Source: a bacterium (GTDB lineage: Bacteria > UBA10199 > 2-02-FULL-50-16 > JAJFLM01). Taken from it: a stretch of 64,000 nucleotides of DNA. Below are positions 9,516 to 19,036 of the stretch, in pieces; the stretch's first letter is position 1; every line of letters begins with the position of its first letter. The stretch lies in NCBI GenBank assembly GCA_965216315.1, contig CBDCFN010000015.1, positions 32,001-96,000 on the forward strand, written 5' to 3'. The position numbers and the translations under genes are program-made. The notes beneath the pieces were generated by a model, which saw only the letters and a list, made by a program, of their open reading frames with translations, was not told the DNA's origin and made no database searches.

Positions 9516-11678
9516 ATGTCCGTCGCAACATTCGACCTTCTCAAGGGACATTATCGCTATTTCTCCAAGGAACGTCTACGCGTTTTCGGGCTCCTCATTC
9601 TAGACAGTCTTAGTGCGGGGCTTGAAATGATTCCGCCGCTGTTTTCCATTCTCGTCTTTGATTATGCCTTTCCTCAGAAAAGTTTAAATTGGCTACTCAT
9701 CGCCTTAGGCGGGGGGTTTCTCGCCTACCTCTTACACTTTGCGTTCTCGTCTTGGGGCGATTACCTCAATGAAAAACTCGACAACCAAATGAACACGACA
9801 CTTTCAACGCGTTTGTTTCAACGAATCGCCAACTCACCGCTGCGTCGTTGTCAAAACCTCAAGACGGGTGACATGACTGTCCGTCTCGTTGAAGACACGG
9901 ACATTATTACGGGGCTTCTGTTAAATCTTCCGTCCCACTTACTCATCGCTGTCGTCCAACTCATTATCTTTTTCACGATTGCGATGATCCTGGATCCTTG
10001 GGTCACAATTCTAGGCATTATTGCGGTTCCTCTCTATATTATAGAAACCCACTACTACTCGCATCGGCTTGAAGCCGTCCAAGAAGACCTTCAATACAGT
10101 GATGACAACCTTCACCAAGGTCTCCAGGAAAAACTGGGCAACGTCCGTACGATCAAAGCTTTTAATCAACAAATGTCAGAACGTGGCCGCGTCAAAGAAC
10201 TCTTTCAAAAACGAGCCCGCTTATCGATACGCTATAAGCTCTTAAGCCTTTATCAACATTTCGCCAATTCATTGACGTTGCAAATTTGGACCGTCGTCGT
10301 AACGGGCTACTTAGGCTTTGAGGTCATCCGCGGCGTCCTCACGATTGGTGAAATGATCAGCCTCGGTATTTATCTACCACTCATCCAAGAACCGATCAGT
10401 GAACTTGCTCACCTCTGGACACAAACAAAAATTGGCTCCGTCTCGCTACGACGCGTTAATGAACTTGAAAAACTGCCACAGGAAGAAATCAGTTCCGAGG
10501 TCGTTTCCGCGGTGGAGCCGCTCAAAGGAGACATTACCTTCAAGAATGTCAGTTTTGCGTATTCTGAACAAAGGCCCATCCTCGAAAATCTTGATATGAG
10601 AATTCCCGAAAATCAGATGACCGCCATCGTCGGGCCAAGTGGGATCGGCAAATCAACGCTGGCACACCTACTCTTAAATATGTATCAGCCTGATTCCGGT
10701 GAAATATACTATGGAGACAAGTCCATCCACGATGTTGAGGTTCATGATCTCCGCCAACAGGTGAGTGTCGTGTTTCAAGAAGCAGCTATTTTTGCAGGGA
10801 CGATACGTGACAATATCCGCTACAGTCACCCGCAGGCCTCCGAACAAGACATTATCGAGGCCGCCCGGCAGGCCAATGCACACAATTTCATTACGGAGCT
10901 ATTTCAAGGCTATGACACGGTATTGTTGCCCTGGGGCAAAAACCTCTCTGTCGGCCAGCGTCAGCGGATTGCATTGGCGCGCGCCCTTCTCTTGCGCCCC
11001 AAAGCCCTTATCCTCGACGAAGTGACATCCTCGCTCGATGCAGAGGCCGAATTTCAGATTGGTGAGGCCTTGGAAAGATTGCGAAATGAGATTACTATAG
11101 TGCTGATTACGCACCAGCTATCGTCCGCAAAAAAGGCCAATCAAATTTTCTTTCTTGATTCCGGACATATTGTCGAGCAAGGAACTTTTCAGGAACTCAT
11201 GCAGGCCAAGGGACGATTTTTTGATCTGTACAATATTCAGACCGGTGGATTCCAGGAATTCAGACGTCGCCTGGAGATAGAAATCGAACGGCACGTCCGT
11301 TATAGTGAACCTCTCGCCCTTGCTGTCATTGAACCGGCTCATTTTTATAAATGGGAAGAAAGTGAGCCTCCGGAACTGCTCCCCCAACTCATGGAGTCTA
11401 TTACCCAAGAGATTCGGCGCCACCTGAGGGTAATGGATTTTGCTTCTATCTTTACCGAAAAGCGTATCGCAATTGCCCTACCGCAAACCGATGTGGAAAG
11501 CGCTATTACCGCCGTAAGCCGGCTCGTCCTTTCGTTGGAGAAAACCTCCTATCTCATCAATAAGCGTTCTTTTGAAACGCCTTTTTTATTTGGAGTGGCC
11601 GCCTGCAGTGCCGATGAGTGGACCTATAGTGAGCACCTCTTTCTCCAAGCCGAAGAAAACTTAGGAGAAAAAAAATAG
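9516..11678 (+). CDS. ABC exporter (TMD + NBD) with C-terminal degenerate GGDEF-like domain
   Basis: 6-TM domain; GPSGIGKS, LSVGQRQR, LILDEVTSSLD, ITH. Tail EIERHVRYSEPLALAVIE...LRVMDFA...IAIALPQTD resembles the GGDEF fold. Confidence 0.85.
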   Translation: MSVATFDLLKGHYRYFSKERLRVFGLLILDSLSAGLEMIPPLFSILVFDYAFPQKSLNWLLIALGGGFLAYLLHFAFSSWGDYLNEKLDNQMNTTLSTRLFQRIANSPLRRCQNLKTGDMTVRLVEDTDIITGLLLNLPSHLLIAVVQLIIFFTIAMILDPWVTILGIIAVPLYIIETHYYSHRLEAVQEDLQYSDDNLHQGLQEKLGNVRTIKAFNQQMSERGRVKELFQKRARLSIRYKLLSLYQHFANSLTLQIWTVVVTGYLGFEVIRGVLTIGEMISLGIYLPLIQEPISELAHLWTQTKIGSVSLRRVNELEKLPQEEISSEVVSAVEPLKGDITFKNVSFAYSEQRPILENLDMRIPENQMTAIVGPSGIGKSTLAHLLLNMYQPDSGEIYYGDKSIHDVEVHDLRQQVSVVFQEAAIFAGTIRDNIRYSHPQASEQDIIEAARQANAHNFITELFQGYDTVLLPWGKNLSVGQRQRIALARALLLRPKALILDEVTSSLDAEAEFQIGEALERLRNEITIVLITHQLSSAKKANQIFFLDSGHIVEQGTFQELMQAKGRFFDLYNIQTGGFQEFRRRLEIEIERHVRYSEPLALAVIEPAHFYKWEESEPPELLPQLMESITQEIRRHLRVMDFASIFTEKRIAIALPQTDVESAITAVSRLVLSLEKTSYLINKRSFETPFLFGVAACSADEWTYSEHLFLQAEENLGEKK

Positions 11679-11680
11679 CC

Positions 11681-11719
11681 AGCCCCATGGGATAGTGGCT
11701 TCGTTTATCCCACGGGGCT
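11681..11719. terminator. Hairpin between convergent genes
   Basis: agccccatgggata...tatcccacggggct inverted repeat. Confidence 0.6.
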
Positions 11720-11735
11720 TAGCGGTGACCTTCGC

Positions 11736-12782
11736 TTAGTTGAGTAGTTTCAGTTCCGAAGGGATCGTAAACGTGAGGTTGTATTTGGTTTCCAGCTGAT
11801 TGCCGGCCACATCCCGTGCCGCCCGTTCTTGAATTCCACTACCGGTATTTCCTCCATTTGAAAACTTGAGCCCGAGTACATTCAAGGTATAGGTCGTCCC
11901 AGGCTTAAGCGGATCCTTTACCGCAAAGAAAATACGCTTGGGATACTTTTCGCCGTTATTCCAAACGCCGATCGTTGCCGCGATAGGAAAGGGCCACGGC
12001 ACAGCATGTAGCTGAATCGATTTCTCACGTTGGATAAAATCGAGGTCCATCGGCTCGCTGAATTCCACCGCAAAAAGCCGGTAATCGGGGGTATGATCCA
12101 CCTTCACGACTTTCGGCGCGCTGTTATCAATGGCCTTTACCGTAAAGACAAAATCATCTTTCATCTGCTGGCTACGGTCCATATTCTCGGTCCCTGCCAG
12201 GACTCGGATTTCATACTGACAATCGTGTCGGCGTGGAGACACGTTAAACCACACGAAAGACCCCAGGCCAAGGTAGCGATCCAGGGAATCGATGCTCACT
12301 TGATGCGAACAATCAAGCGCCTTAACTTGGATCTGTCCTTCGAGCGCCCTCACGTCGACGTGCTCTGAGAACTTGAGAATGACTCGATCGGATACCCAAC
12401 TTTCACTCACTTTTGGGTAGTCTCTCTCAACACTAAACGGTTTGACTTCTTCAATATCGGCCGGCTCCTCCGTCTCTTCTTCAAGCGTATGTTCTTCAGC
12501 AATGGGCCGTTCCGACTGCTTCTCTTTTTCAAGTTCCTCAGCAAGCGCCTTCTTTTCTTCTTCCAGCACCTTGAGTTCCTCTTCCATTTTTTTGATTTTT
12601 TCCAGAGTACTTTCGTCAAACTGACTTCCGGAATCAGAAGTCGGATCTTCGATAGGGATCTCTGAAACAATATCTGGAGATTCAGGAATTGTCTGATCGA
12701 TTGAACCACCCTGTTCACAGCCAAAACTGACTAAAGCCATCGCGAACAGTGCGGTTAAAGAAATGATACGTTGCTTAAACAT
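11736..12782 (-). CDS. Lipoprotein with acidic coiled-coil linker and two Ig-like (Big_5/SbsA-type) domains
   Basis: Lipobox VSFGC; FSE.VD and FSEPMD motifs; LKPGTTYTL..RDVAGN; GGAAGGAGG RBS. Confidence 0.75.
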   Translation of the reverse strand: MFKQRIISLTALFAMALVSFGCEQGGSIDQTIPESPDIVSEIPIEDPTSDSGSQFDESTLEKIKKMEEELKVLEEEKKALAEELEKEKQSERPIAEEHTLEEETEEPADIEEVKPFSVERDYPKVSESWVSDRVILKFSEHVDVRALEGQIQVKALDCSHQVSIDSLDRYLGLGSFVWFNVSPRRHDCQYEIRVLAGTENMDRSQQMKDDFVFTVKAIDNSAPKVVKVDHTPDYRLFAVEFSEPMDLDFIQREKSIQLHAVPWPFPIAATIGVWNNGEKYPKRIFFAVKDPLKPGTTYTLNVLGLKFSNGGNTGSGIQERAARDVAGNQLETKYNLTFTIPSELKLLN

Positions 12783-12898
12783 GGTCCGTGCCTCCTTCCC
12801 ACCAAGGGGATACAAATGACTCTATATAGGCGCGAGAAATCACTCGCGCTAAAACTGTGGGGGGCTACACAGAACAGTTTAGATTAGCTTATGGGGAG

Positions 12899-12927
12899 TT
12901 ATCGGAGGCGCCGCGCCAACAAGTTGC
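12899..12927 (-). promoter_or_regulatory. Variant sigma-28-like motif (GCAAC-N18-CGATAA)
   Basis: Perfect CCGATAA, but the spacer is 18 instead of 16; lies about 115 nt upstream of the lipoprotein gene. Confidence 0.4.
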
Positions 12928-12952
12928 GTGTTCAGTTAAATTGCAACATTTT

Positions 12953-13708
12953 TTATTTAAGCACGATGCCGACGGGACAGTGGTCGGAACCCATGATCTG
13001 CGGATAAATCGCAGCCTCTTTTAGACGCGGACGCAAGGCCCGTGAAATACAAAAATAATCAATTCTCCACCCGACATTCCGTTCACGGGCCCGCATACGA
13101 TAGGACCACCAGGTATAGTTATCCGGTTCTTTATTAAACTCGCGGAAACTATCTAAAAACCCCGCCTTAACAAGTTTGTCAAAGCCGGCCCGCTCTTCAT
13201 CGGTAAAACCGGCATTAAAATGATTGTTGGCAGGGCGCGCCAAATCAATCTCCTGGTGGGCAACATTCAGGTCCCCACAGACAATAACCGGTTTGGTTTT
13301 ATCCAGTTTCTTGAGATATTTCAGAAAGGCTTTATCCCAGTCCTGTCGATAGGCAAGCCGCTTGAGGCCTTCTCCCGAATTGGGAGTATAAACATTGACC
13401 AGGAAAAATTTTGGGAACTCAAGGCGAATAACCCTTCCCTCCGTATCGTGTTTGGCAACACCAATACCGTAACTGACGTCTTTTGGTTTGACGCGTGAGA
13501 AAACCGCCGTACCTGAATAGCCCTTTTTCTCCGCCGCATTCCAAAAATGATGCGGATAGTCTGCAAAGATCTCATCGACTTGATCTGGGTGCGCCTTGGT
13601 CTCTTGGAGACAGAGGACATCCGGATCCAACCCGCGCACATCCTCCAAAAAATGATCTTTTTTGAGCATGGCGCGGATGCCGTTCACATTCCAGGAGATT
13701 AACTTCAT
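12953..13708 (-). CDS. xth: Exodeoxyribonuclease III / AP endonuclease
   Basis: SWNVNGIRA, LQETK, GDLNVAH, WWSYR..AR.RNVGWRIDY, GSDHCP. Confidence 0.97.
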   Translation of the reverse strand: MKLISWNVNGIRAMLKKDHFLEDVRGLDPDVLCLQETKAHPDQVDEIFADYPHHFWNAAEKKGYSGTAVFSRVKPKDVSYGIGVAKHDTEGRVIRLEFPKFFLVNVYTPNSGEGLKRLAYRQDWDKAFLKYLKKLDKTKPVIVCGDLNVAHQEIDLARPANNHFNAGFTDEERAGFDKLVKAGFLDSFREFNKEPDNYTWWSYRMRARERNVGWRIDYFCISRALRPRLKEAAIYPQIMGSDHCPVGIVLK

Positions 13709-13751
13709 GGGAGGGGTTATGACTCAAGGCCTCACACAGGTCAATCAACGA

Positions 13752-16013
13752 TCACCCACTATTTTTGGACTTGTACTCGTCGATCAAGAGACGCAGTTTG
13801 CCGGCAAGATCATCGATTCTCCAAGGCTTGACTAGAAATCCCGTCTGCTTATCCTCGGCCAAGGTAAAGTTGGAATCACCTGTCTGAAGAATCACGGGCA
13901 GGGTGGGGTGCATTTCTCGAAGAGTCCTGATTAAGGCATCACCACTCAGACGTGGCATCGTCCGATCCGTAATGACAGCAGCTAAATCCTGTCCCCGCTG
14001 CTCAATGATTTCAAGTGCTTCCTGCCCATCTTTTGCAAGCAGCACTTCGGTATATTTATACTCTTTTAAGGCCATTTCTATGCCCATCCGATTAATCGCA
14101 TCATCATCGACAACCAGCACGCTTTCCTTTCCCGGACTATCGAATACAAACGAAGCCTCTCCCATTATCGGTAAATAGATATCAAAACGGACCCCGCGGT
14201 CCGGTAGATTATGAGCCTCAACGAAACCATTGCGATCTGCAACTATTTGAGCAACCGTATGCAAACCGACTCCCCGCCCGACTTTCCCTTTCTTGGTCGA
14301 GTTATTTTTTTCAAAAATACTGTGGAGCATATGGTCAGGTATATGCGGTCCGTTGTTGGCAATACTCAAGCGCATGTAAGGTCCCGGTTTCACGGTATGC
14401 GGTAAATAACGGCCTTGACGCAATTGTCTCGTTGTCAACCAAACGTTATTCGTTTGAACATTAATGGTGCGGTCAGCAAGAGACATTTCCGCCATCGCCT
14501 CGACCGCATTGTTTAATAGAACACTGATAATTTGCGTGATGGGAAAGCGGGGCCCCTCCACCGACAAACGTGCCGCCGCAAAGCGCACTTTCAATTGTGC
14601 TTCGCGACCAAACAGCATGCTTAAGCGTCTGGGATTAAAGAGCGGATAGGGATCAATCGGCCCCCGCACGACTGTATCCGAGGCCCCCCTAAAATAATTG
14701 ATCGCCTCTTTCATTTCGTCCATGATTTCCATGACGAGTTCGATTGCACTGCGCGACTTTCCATAGAGACTATTGCCTCGCAACATGAGGCCCAAATAGC
14801 CCATCACTCCGGTTAGTTGATTGTTCAAATCATGGGCAATTCCACCCGCCAGCCGCCGTCGCACGGCATCTTCAGTCCTTTGCACCCGTTGCGCGGTTAA
14901 TTCATAGACAACAATTGCATACGTTTTACCGTTAATGGTACTGGCGCGGGCACTAATATCAATATGCGTTTCTGTTCCATCGGCCCGTTTCATCGGTGCA
15001 TCGAGCCATTCCAACTCGCCGGTATTCAAAAATAACTTAATATGTTGCTGCAATTCATGGTGATGCTTCTCATCGATGACATCAAGCACGCCTATCTCGC
15101 GCATACCATCGCCATCTGTAGGATAGCCCAGCATCTTGGCAAAAGCGGAACTACTTAGCACTCGCTCGGTACTTCCGTCTTTGTGCACCTCGATAACACT
15201 CAACGGAATACCTGAAATTCTAAACATCGTCTCAAGATCTTGAGTCAGTTGTTGCGCTAAAACCCGCTGGGTCACGTTAATTAATTCATAGTAAATGTAG
15301 GGACTTCTCTCTATCCTGCCAACTTCAACATCGACCCACATGTAATACTCATGTCCGTATTTAATCTTGACCGGAGCACTTTCATTTACTTTGAGACGAA
15401 CTCCTTTGAGAAAACCTTTTCCTGTCGAAACAACGCTCTGAATCAATTCACCGAATTTCAGCACATCGTCGGGATGATAGTTGTCCGCAAAATTTATTGT
15501 CAGGAGATGCGTCCGTGAAAAACCGGACACAGTTTCATTCGCCGTATTTAATAAGAGAAGGTTCAAACCTCCTCCGTCCATCTTAATAATACCAGCCGGA
15601 TTCGTGAAAGATTCAATCATGCCATTATAATGAACGAGTGCCGGATCTTCGCCGACCAAAGACAAACCGGCCGGCAGATAGTCAGGCGATAGCGGAGATA
15701 ATTGTCGCTCGGCCCAAGTTAACTTCTGGTTCAATATCGGATCAAGATCTGGCTTGATGCTGCGAAGTTCATGAATGCAATCCAGTAATGCTCGAGATAC
15801 TTCAATACGTTCTACGGACTCGGCATGTGAGCGGACTTGAAGGGCTTGGATGGGGGCAATGATGCGTTGGAGTTCAAGGCTCTCTATTTGGGTAAGGCGG
15901 GGAGCCATAAAATCGGCCAGCACATGCTGCGGCGCGACATTCGCCTGAAGACCCGCCGTAGACGATACGACTGTCCCGACCAATTGTGAAAACTGCAACG
16001 CGTAAGTCACCAT
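13752..16013 (-). CDS. Hybrid sensor kinase (PAS-PAS-HisKA-HATPase-REC) with N-terminal extension
   Basis: LAGGIAHDLNNQL H-box; NNAVEAM N-box; GRGVGL G2 box; VLVVDDD...ITDRTMP...KP receiver. Confidence 0.88.
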   Translation of the reverse strand: MVTYALQFSQLVGTVVSSTAGLQANVAPQHVLADFMAPRLTQIESLELQRIIAPIQALQVRSHAESVERIEVSRALLDCIHELRSIKPDLDPILNQKLTWAERQLSPLSPDYLPAGLSLVGEDPALVHYNGMIESFTNPAGIIKMDGGGLNLLLLNTANETVSGFSRTHLLTINFADNYHPDDVLKFGELIQSVVSTGKGFLKGVRLKVNESAPVKIKYGHEYYMWVDVEVGRIERSPYIYYELINVTQRVLAQQLTQDLETMFRISGIPLSVIEVHKDGSTERVLSSSAFAKMLGYPTDGDGMREIGVLDVIDEKHHHELQQHIKLFLNTGELEWLDAPMKRADGTETHIDISARASTINGKTYAIVVYELTAQRVQRTEDAVRRRLAGGIAHDLNNQLTGVMGYLGLMLRGNSLYGKSRSAIELVMEIMDEMKEAINYFRGASDTVVRGPIDPYPLFNPRRLSMLFGREAQLKVRFAAARLSVEGPRFPITQIISVLLNNAVEAMAEMSLADRTINVQTNNVWLTTRQLRQGRYLPHTVKPGPYMRLSIANNGPHIPDHMLHSIFEKNNSTKKGKVGRGVGLHTVAQIVADRNGFVEAHNLPDRGVRFDIYLPIMGEASFVFDSPGKESVLVVDDDAINRMGIEMALKEYKYTEVLLAKDGQEALEIIEQRGQDLAAVITDRTMPRLSGDALIRTLREMHPTLPVILQTGDSNFTLAEDKQTGFLVKPWRIDDLAGKLRLLIDEYKSKNSG

Positions 16014-16035
16014 ACCAGTAGCCCTGTGATGGGGT

Positions 16036-16062
16036 TCATCGCCACTTAGCGCGTAATGTTGT
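16036..16062 (-). promoter_or_regulatory. Sigma-28-like motif ACAAC-N16-CGATGA
   Basis: 22 nt upstream of the kinase ATG (16013). Confidence 0.7.
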
Positions 16063-16076
16063 GTAAAAAAGGTGGG

Positions 16077-16886
16077 TTATCCGGCGTAAGCCTGGCGAAG
16101 AATCATCATCAAGCGCAGATGCTGGGCTATTTCCCTTCCAAGAATGGGCTTCATCACCCTCCAGGTCTGATGATCTTCCGGAACAATATTTTCTTCCCGG
16201 CCAGTAATAACCAGGATAGGGAGATCCGGGCGCCGTTGGCGAAGCTCCCTGACTAATTCATCGCCACTCATAAGTGGCATATTGAAGTCGGTAATAATGG
16301 CCGTTAAGCGATCTAAGTTTGATTCGGCCAACTGTAATCCTTCTTGACCATTCGACGCTGTCATAATTTCCTCAAACTTAAAGGGACTCATGCCTCGGAT
16401 AATAGCCCGATGAAGTATGGCCATGTCATCGACATACATGAGAACTTCGCCACCGGGACTCTGCGGATCGACAACCTTGACGACGGATTCCGCTAAGTGG
16501 CTTGTCATCTTGAAGTGAATCCCGGCATCCCATAAGAGTCGAATCGATTCTTTGATGGCCGTCGCCCCCGCCTCACCGTAGTCTTCCGCAAAAGATGATC
16601 CTTGAAAGACAGTAAGAACACTGCACAGCACGTTGATAACCGACGACTCGATAGCCAGCTTCGCTTCCAACAACCGAACCTGGGCTACTGGCTTAGCAAA
16701 AAGTTGAAGCAGGGACCCGACATCATTGCGAAGTGGCTCCTCCAGTTGAGACAACCCTAGAGCCGATTGAAATTGATGCACGGCCGGAGCGATATTCTTC
16801 TGAGAGATTGGTGGTACTTGCAAGGCGGCCGCAGCCGTATTGAGGCCGAGGGCGACCTGTTGAAAAAGCGTAGCATTGACCGTCAT
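16077..16886 (-). CDS. Receiver-domain protein with helical N-terminal extension
   Basis: YVDD...ITDFNMPLMSG...ITG...KP. Start reassigned to ATG 16886, because the longer ORF overlaps tadA. Confidence 0.8.
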   Translation of the reverse strand: MTVNATLFQQVALGLNTAAAALQVPPISQKNIAPAVHQFQSALGLSQLEEPLRNDVGSLLQLFAKPVAQVRLLEAKLAIESSVINVLCSVLTVFQGSSFAEDYGEAGATAIKESIRLLWDAGIHFKMTSHLAESVVKVVDPQSPGGEVLMYVDDMAILHRAIIRGMSPFKFEEIMTASNGQEGLQLAESNLDRLTAIITDFNMPLMSGDELVRELRQRRPDLPILVITGREENIVPEDHQTWRVMKPILGREIAQHLRLMMILRQAYAG

Positions 16887-16894
16887 GCCCTCCC

Positions 16895-16921
16895 TTCTCG
16901 CCCTTGAGCCCCAATAGTTGC
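16895..16921 (-). promoter_or_regulatory. Sigma-28-like motif GCAAC-N16-CGAGAA
   Basis: 8 nt upstream of ATG 16886. Confidence 0.68.
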
Positions 16922-16994
16922 CTAAAAATTTATCCAACCTAACCGGGATCGCTTGGGCCTTGTGAGATCCGCAACGGGCCGCTATAAGGCCGAG

Positions 16995-17447
16995 ATGATG
17001 CCTAATCATGAGTATTACATGCGCATGGCCCTCCAGGAAGCCGCTCAAGCCGCTCGGGAGGAAGAGGTCCCCGTCGGGGCGCTCGGCGTCTATCACGAAG
17101 AAATCATTGCCCAGGCCCACAATGTCCGGGAACGCGACCAGGACCCCCTTGCCCACGCTGAAATCGCCGTCATCAGCCAGGCCGCAAAGCAGTTGAACAG
17201 CTGGCGCCTCGAGGAACTCATCGTCTACGTCACGCTCGAACCCTGCCCGATGTGCATGGGAGCCCTGCTCCAGGCGCGGGTCCCCAAACTAGTTTATGGG
17301 GCGATGGATCCCAAGGCCGGAGCCTGCGGGTCTTTATATGATTTGTCTAATGACGACCGGCTCAACCACCGCATCGACGTGACGCGCGGTGTTTTAGCGG
17401 AAGAATGTGGTCAGGTCTTGAAAGATTTTTTTCGGAGTAAGCGATAA
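16995..17447 (+). CDS. tadA: tRNA adenosine(34) deaminase
   Basis: EVPVGA, AHAE, YVTLEPCPMC, DPKAGA.GS, LNH. Confidence 0.96.
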   Translation: MMPNHEYYMRMALQEAAQAAREEEVPVGALGVYHEEIIAQAHNVRERDQDPLAHAEIAVISQAAKQLNSWRLEELIVYVTLEPCPMCMGALLQARVPKLVYGAMDPKAGACGSLYDLSNDDRLNHRIDVTRGVLAEECGQVLKDFFRSKR

Positions 17448-17762
17448 TTAGGCTTCGACTAACTTCTGCAACTCGCCACGCTGAAATAATTCCAATACGA
17501 TATCACAACCGCCTACAAACTCGCCGTTGACAAAAACCTGTGGAATCGTCGGCCAATCGGAATAAGTTTTGATCCCGGCACGAATAGATGGATCCGAAAG
17601 CACATCAATCGCCTTGTATTGAATGTTGAGTTCATTAAGGACTTGGACGGTCTTAGCCGAAAAACCACATTGGGGCGCTTCGGGAATACCCTTCATAAAA
17701 ATGACTACTTTATTGCCTTTGACTTCATCATCAATAATTTTTTGGACGGCTTCTTCTGACAT
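17448..17762 (-). CDS. grxD: Monothiol glutaredoxin Grx4
   Basis: PQCGFS, WPTIPQ, GGCD. Confidence 0.96.
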   Translation of the reverse strand: MSEEAVQKIIDDEVKGNKVVIFMKGIPEAPQCGFSAKTVQVLNELNIQYKAIDVLSDPSIRAGIKTYSDWPTIPQVFVNGEFVGGCDIVLELFQRGELQKLVEA

Positions 17763-17777
17763 GATTCTATTTCCTTC

Positions 17778-18098
17778 TTATGCGGTGTTCTTATTGCGCC
17801 ATTCTTCGGGAGTATAGGTATTCAAGGTCAACGCATGAATTGCCCCTCCCTTGTCCTCGAAACAATCAGCCATGATCTCATAGATCATGCGATGCTGTTT
17901 GAGCATCATGAGTCCCTCAAACTGCGGAGCAATGACGGTCATACTGAACTTATTCCGACTGCACGAGATATCGTCCATTAAGACTTCAGCCCCCGGCAAT
18001 TCACTTTGTAAGCGTTTAACGATGTCCGCCGGCGCCATCTCGCGCCCCTTCGTTCCACAATTGTATTTTTCTTTCGGCTCTGCATTCATAGTAGACAA
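17778..18098 (-). CDS. BolA/IbaG family protein
   Basis: FEG...LKQHRMIY, IHALTL; adjacent to grxD. Confidence 0.9.
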   Translation of the reverse strand: MSTMNAEPKEKYNCGTKGREMAPADIVKRLQSELPGAEVLMDDISCSRNKFSMTVIAPQFEGLMMLKQHRMIYEIMADCFEDKGGAIHALTLNTYTPEEWRNKNTA

Positions 18099-18159
18099 TC
18101 ACTGACCAATATTGTCATACATTGCAAGCAAAATGTGAACCCCTATCGACGGAGGAACG

Positions 18160-18621
18160 ATGGCAAAGCTCAAAGCAGGCGATAAGGCCCCCGCATTCAG
18201 CCTCAAGGCCGATGATGGCAACAAATACACCCTTTCCAAGCTCAAAGGCCAAAAGGTCATCCTGTATTTTTACCCCAAGGACAACACCCCCGGCTGCACG
18301 ATTCAGGCCTGCGAGTACACTGCCATGCAAAAAGATTTCAAAAAGCAGGGTGCGATCGTCCTCGGCGTCAGCAAAGACTCGTTAGAGAGCCATGAGAAGT
18401 TCCGCAAGGACCACAAGCTCAAGATCCCGCTCCTTTCCGATCCCGACCTTAAAGTCCACAAGGCCTATGGCGCTTATGGCAAAAAGGTCCTCTACGGCAA
18501 AGAAAGTATTGGCGTGATTCGCACGACAGCCGTAATCGACGAGAAAGGCAAGATTATTTCGATTGGCAAAGTCCGTGCCAAAGGAAACGCCGAAAAATCA
18601 CTACAGATCATTACCGATTAA
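18160..18621 (+). CDS. bcp: Peroxiredoxin Bcp
   Basis: YFYPKDNTPGCTIQAC; GGAGGA RBS. Confidence 0.95.
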   Translation: MAKLKAGDKAPAFSLKADDGNKYTLSKLKGQKVILYFYPKDNTPGCTIQACEYTAMQKDFKKQGAIVLGVSKDSLESHEKFRKDHKLKIPLLSDPDLKVHKAYGAYGKKVLYGKESIGVIRTTAVIDEKGKIISIGKVRAKGNAEKSLQIITD

Positions 18622-18695
18622 TCTCGTGTTGCCGCACATCCCGCCATGCTATACACTCCGTCACCTTATTATGAATTGGAAATAGGAGGTAACTA

Positions 18696-18902
18696 ATGGC
18701 TATTGTCAAAGTGATCGAAGTTTTAGCTCAAGGGAACACCTTGGAGGCCGCGACAGAAGCAGCGCTTACAGAAGCATCCGAAACGGTGAATAATATTAAA
18801 CATATTTACATCAAGGAAATGCAGGCCATCGTCGAGAACAATAAGATTACCAACTACCGGGTCAATGCTAAGATCTCATTCCTGGTTGGAAAGGGAGTCT
18901 AA
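18696..18902 (+). CDS. Dodecin-family protein
   Basis: KVIEV...A.TV.NI...YRVNAKISF; AGGAGG RBS. Confidence 0.88.
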   Translation: MAIVKVIEVLAQGNTLEAATEAALTEASETVNNIKHIYIKEMQAIVENNKITNYRVNAKISFLVGKGV

Positions 18903-18924
18903 CAGCTTCTTTGGAATCGTTTTT

Positions 18925-18952
18925 GTAGGGGCGTAGCACGCTACGCCCCTAC
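18925..18952. repeat. REP-like GTAG palindrome
   Basis: gtaggggcgtagc-ac-gctacgcccctac, a perfect 13-bp stem. Confidence 0.7.
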
Positions 18953-19002
18953 TTAAGTGTTGACTCGCGTTAACAGATAACATGCTTTAAAAAATTCTGA
19001 AT

Positions 19003-19029
19003 GCAACTCAGCTATGCTGTAACCGATAA
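19003..19029 (+). promoter_or_regulatory. Sigma-28-like motif GCAAC-N16-CGATAA
   Basis: 7 nt upstream of ATG 19037. Confidence 0.75.
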
Positions 19030-19036
19030 GGCCAGC

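Noticed and set aside
12943..12969. GCAAC-N16-CGATGC on the + strand, pointing antisense into the xth 3' end
   Set aside because: No downstream ORF and a weaker -10; a few chance hits of this pattern are expected in 64 kb.
16887..17156. Long N-terminal extensions given by the ORF track (also 21234-21530, 22809-22940, 32733-33065, 44799-44957, 53363-53476)
   Set aside because: They overlap tadA, a tRNA, other genes or promoters; downstream ATGs fit the promoters and homology better.
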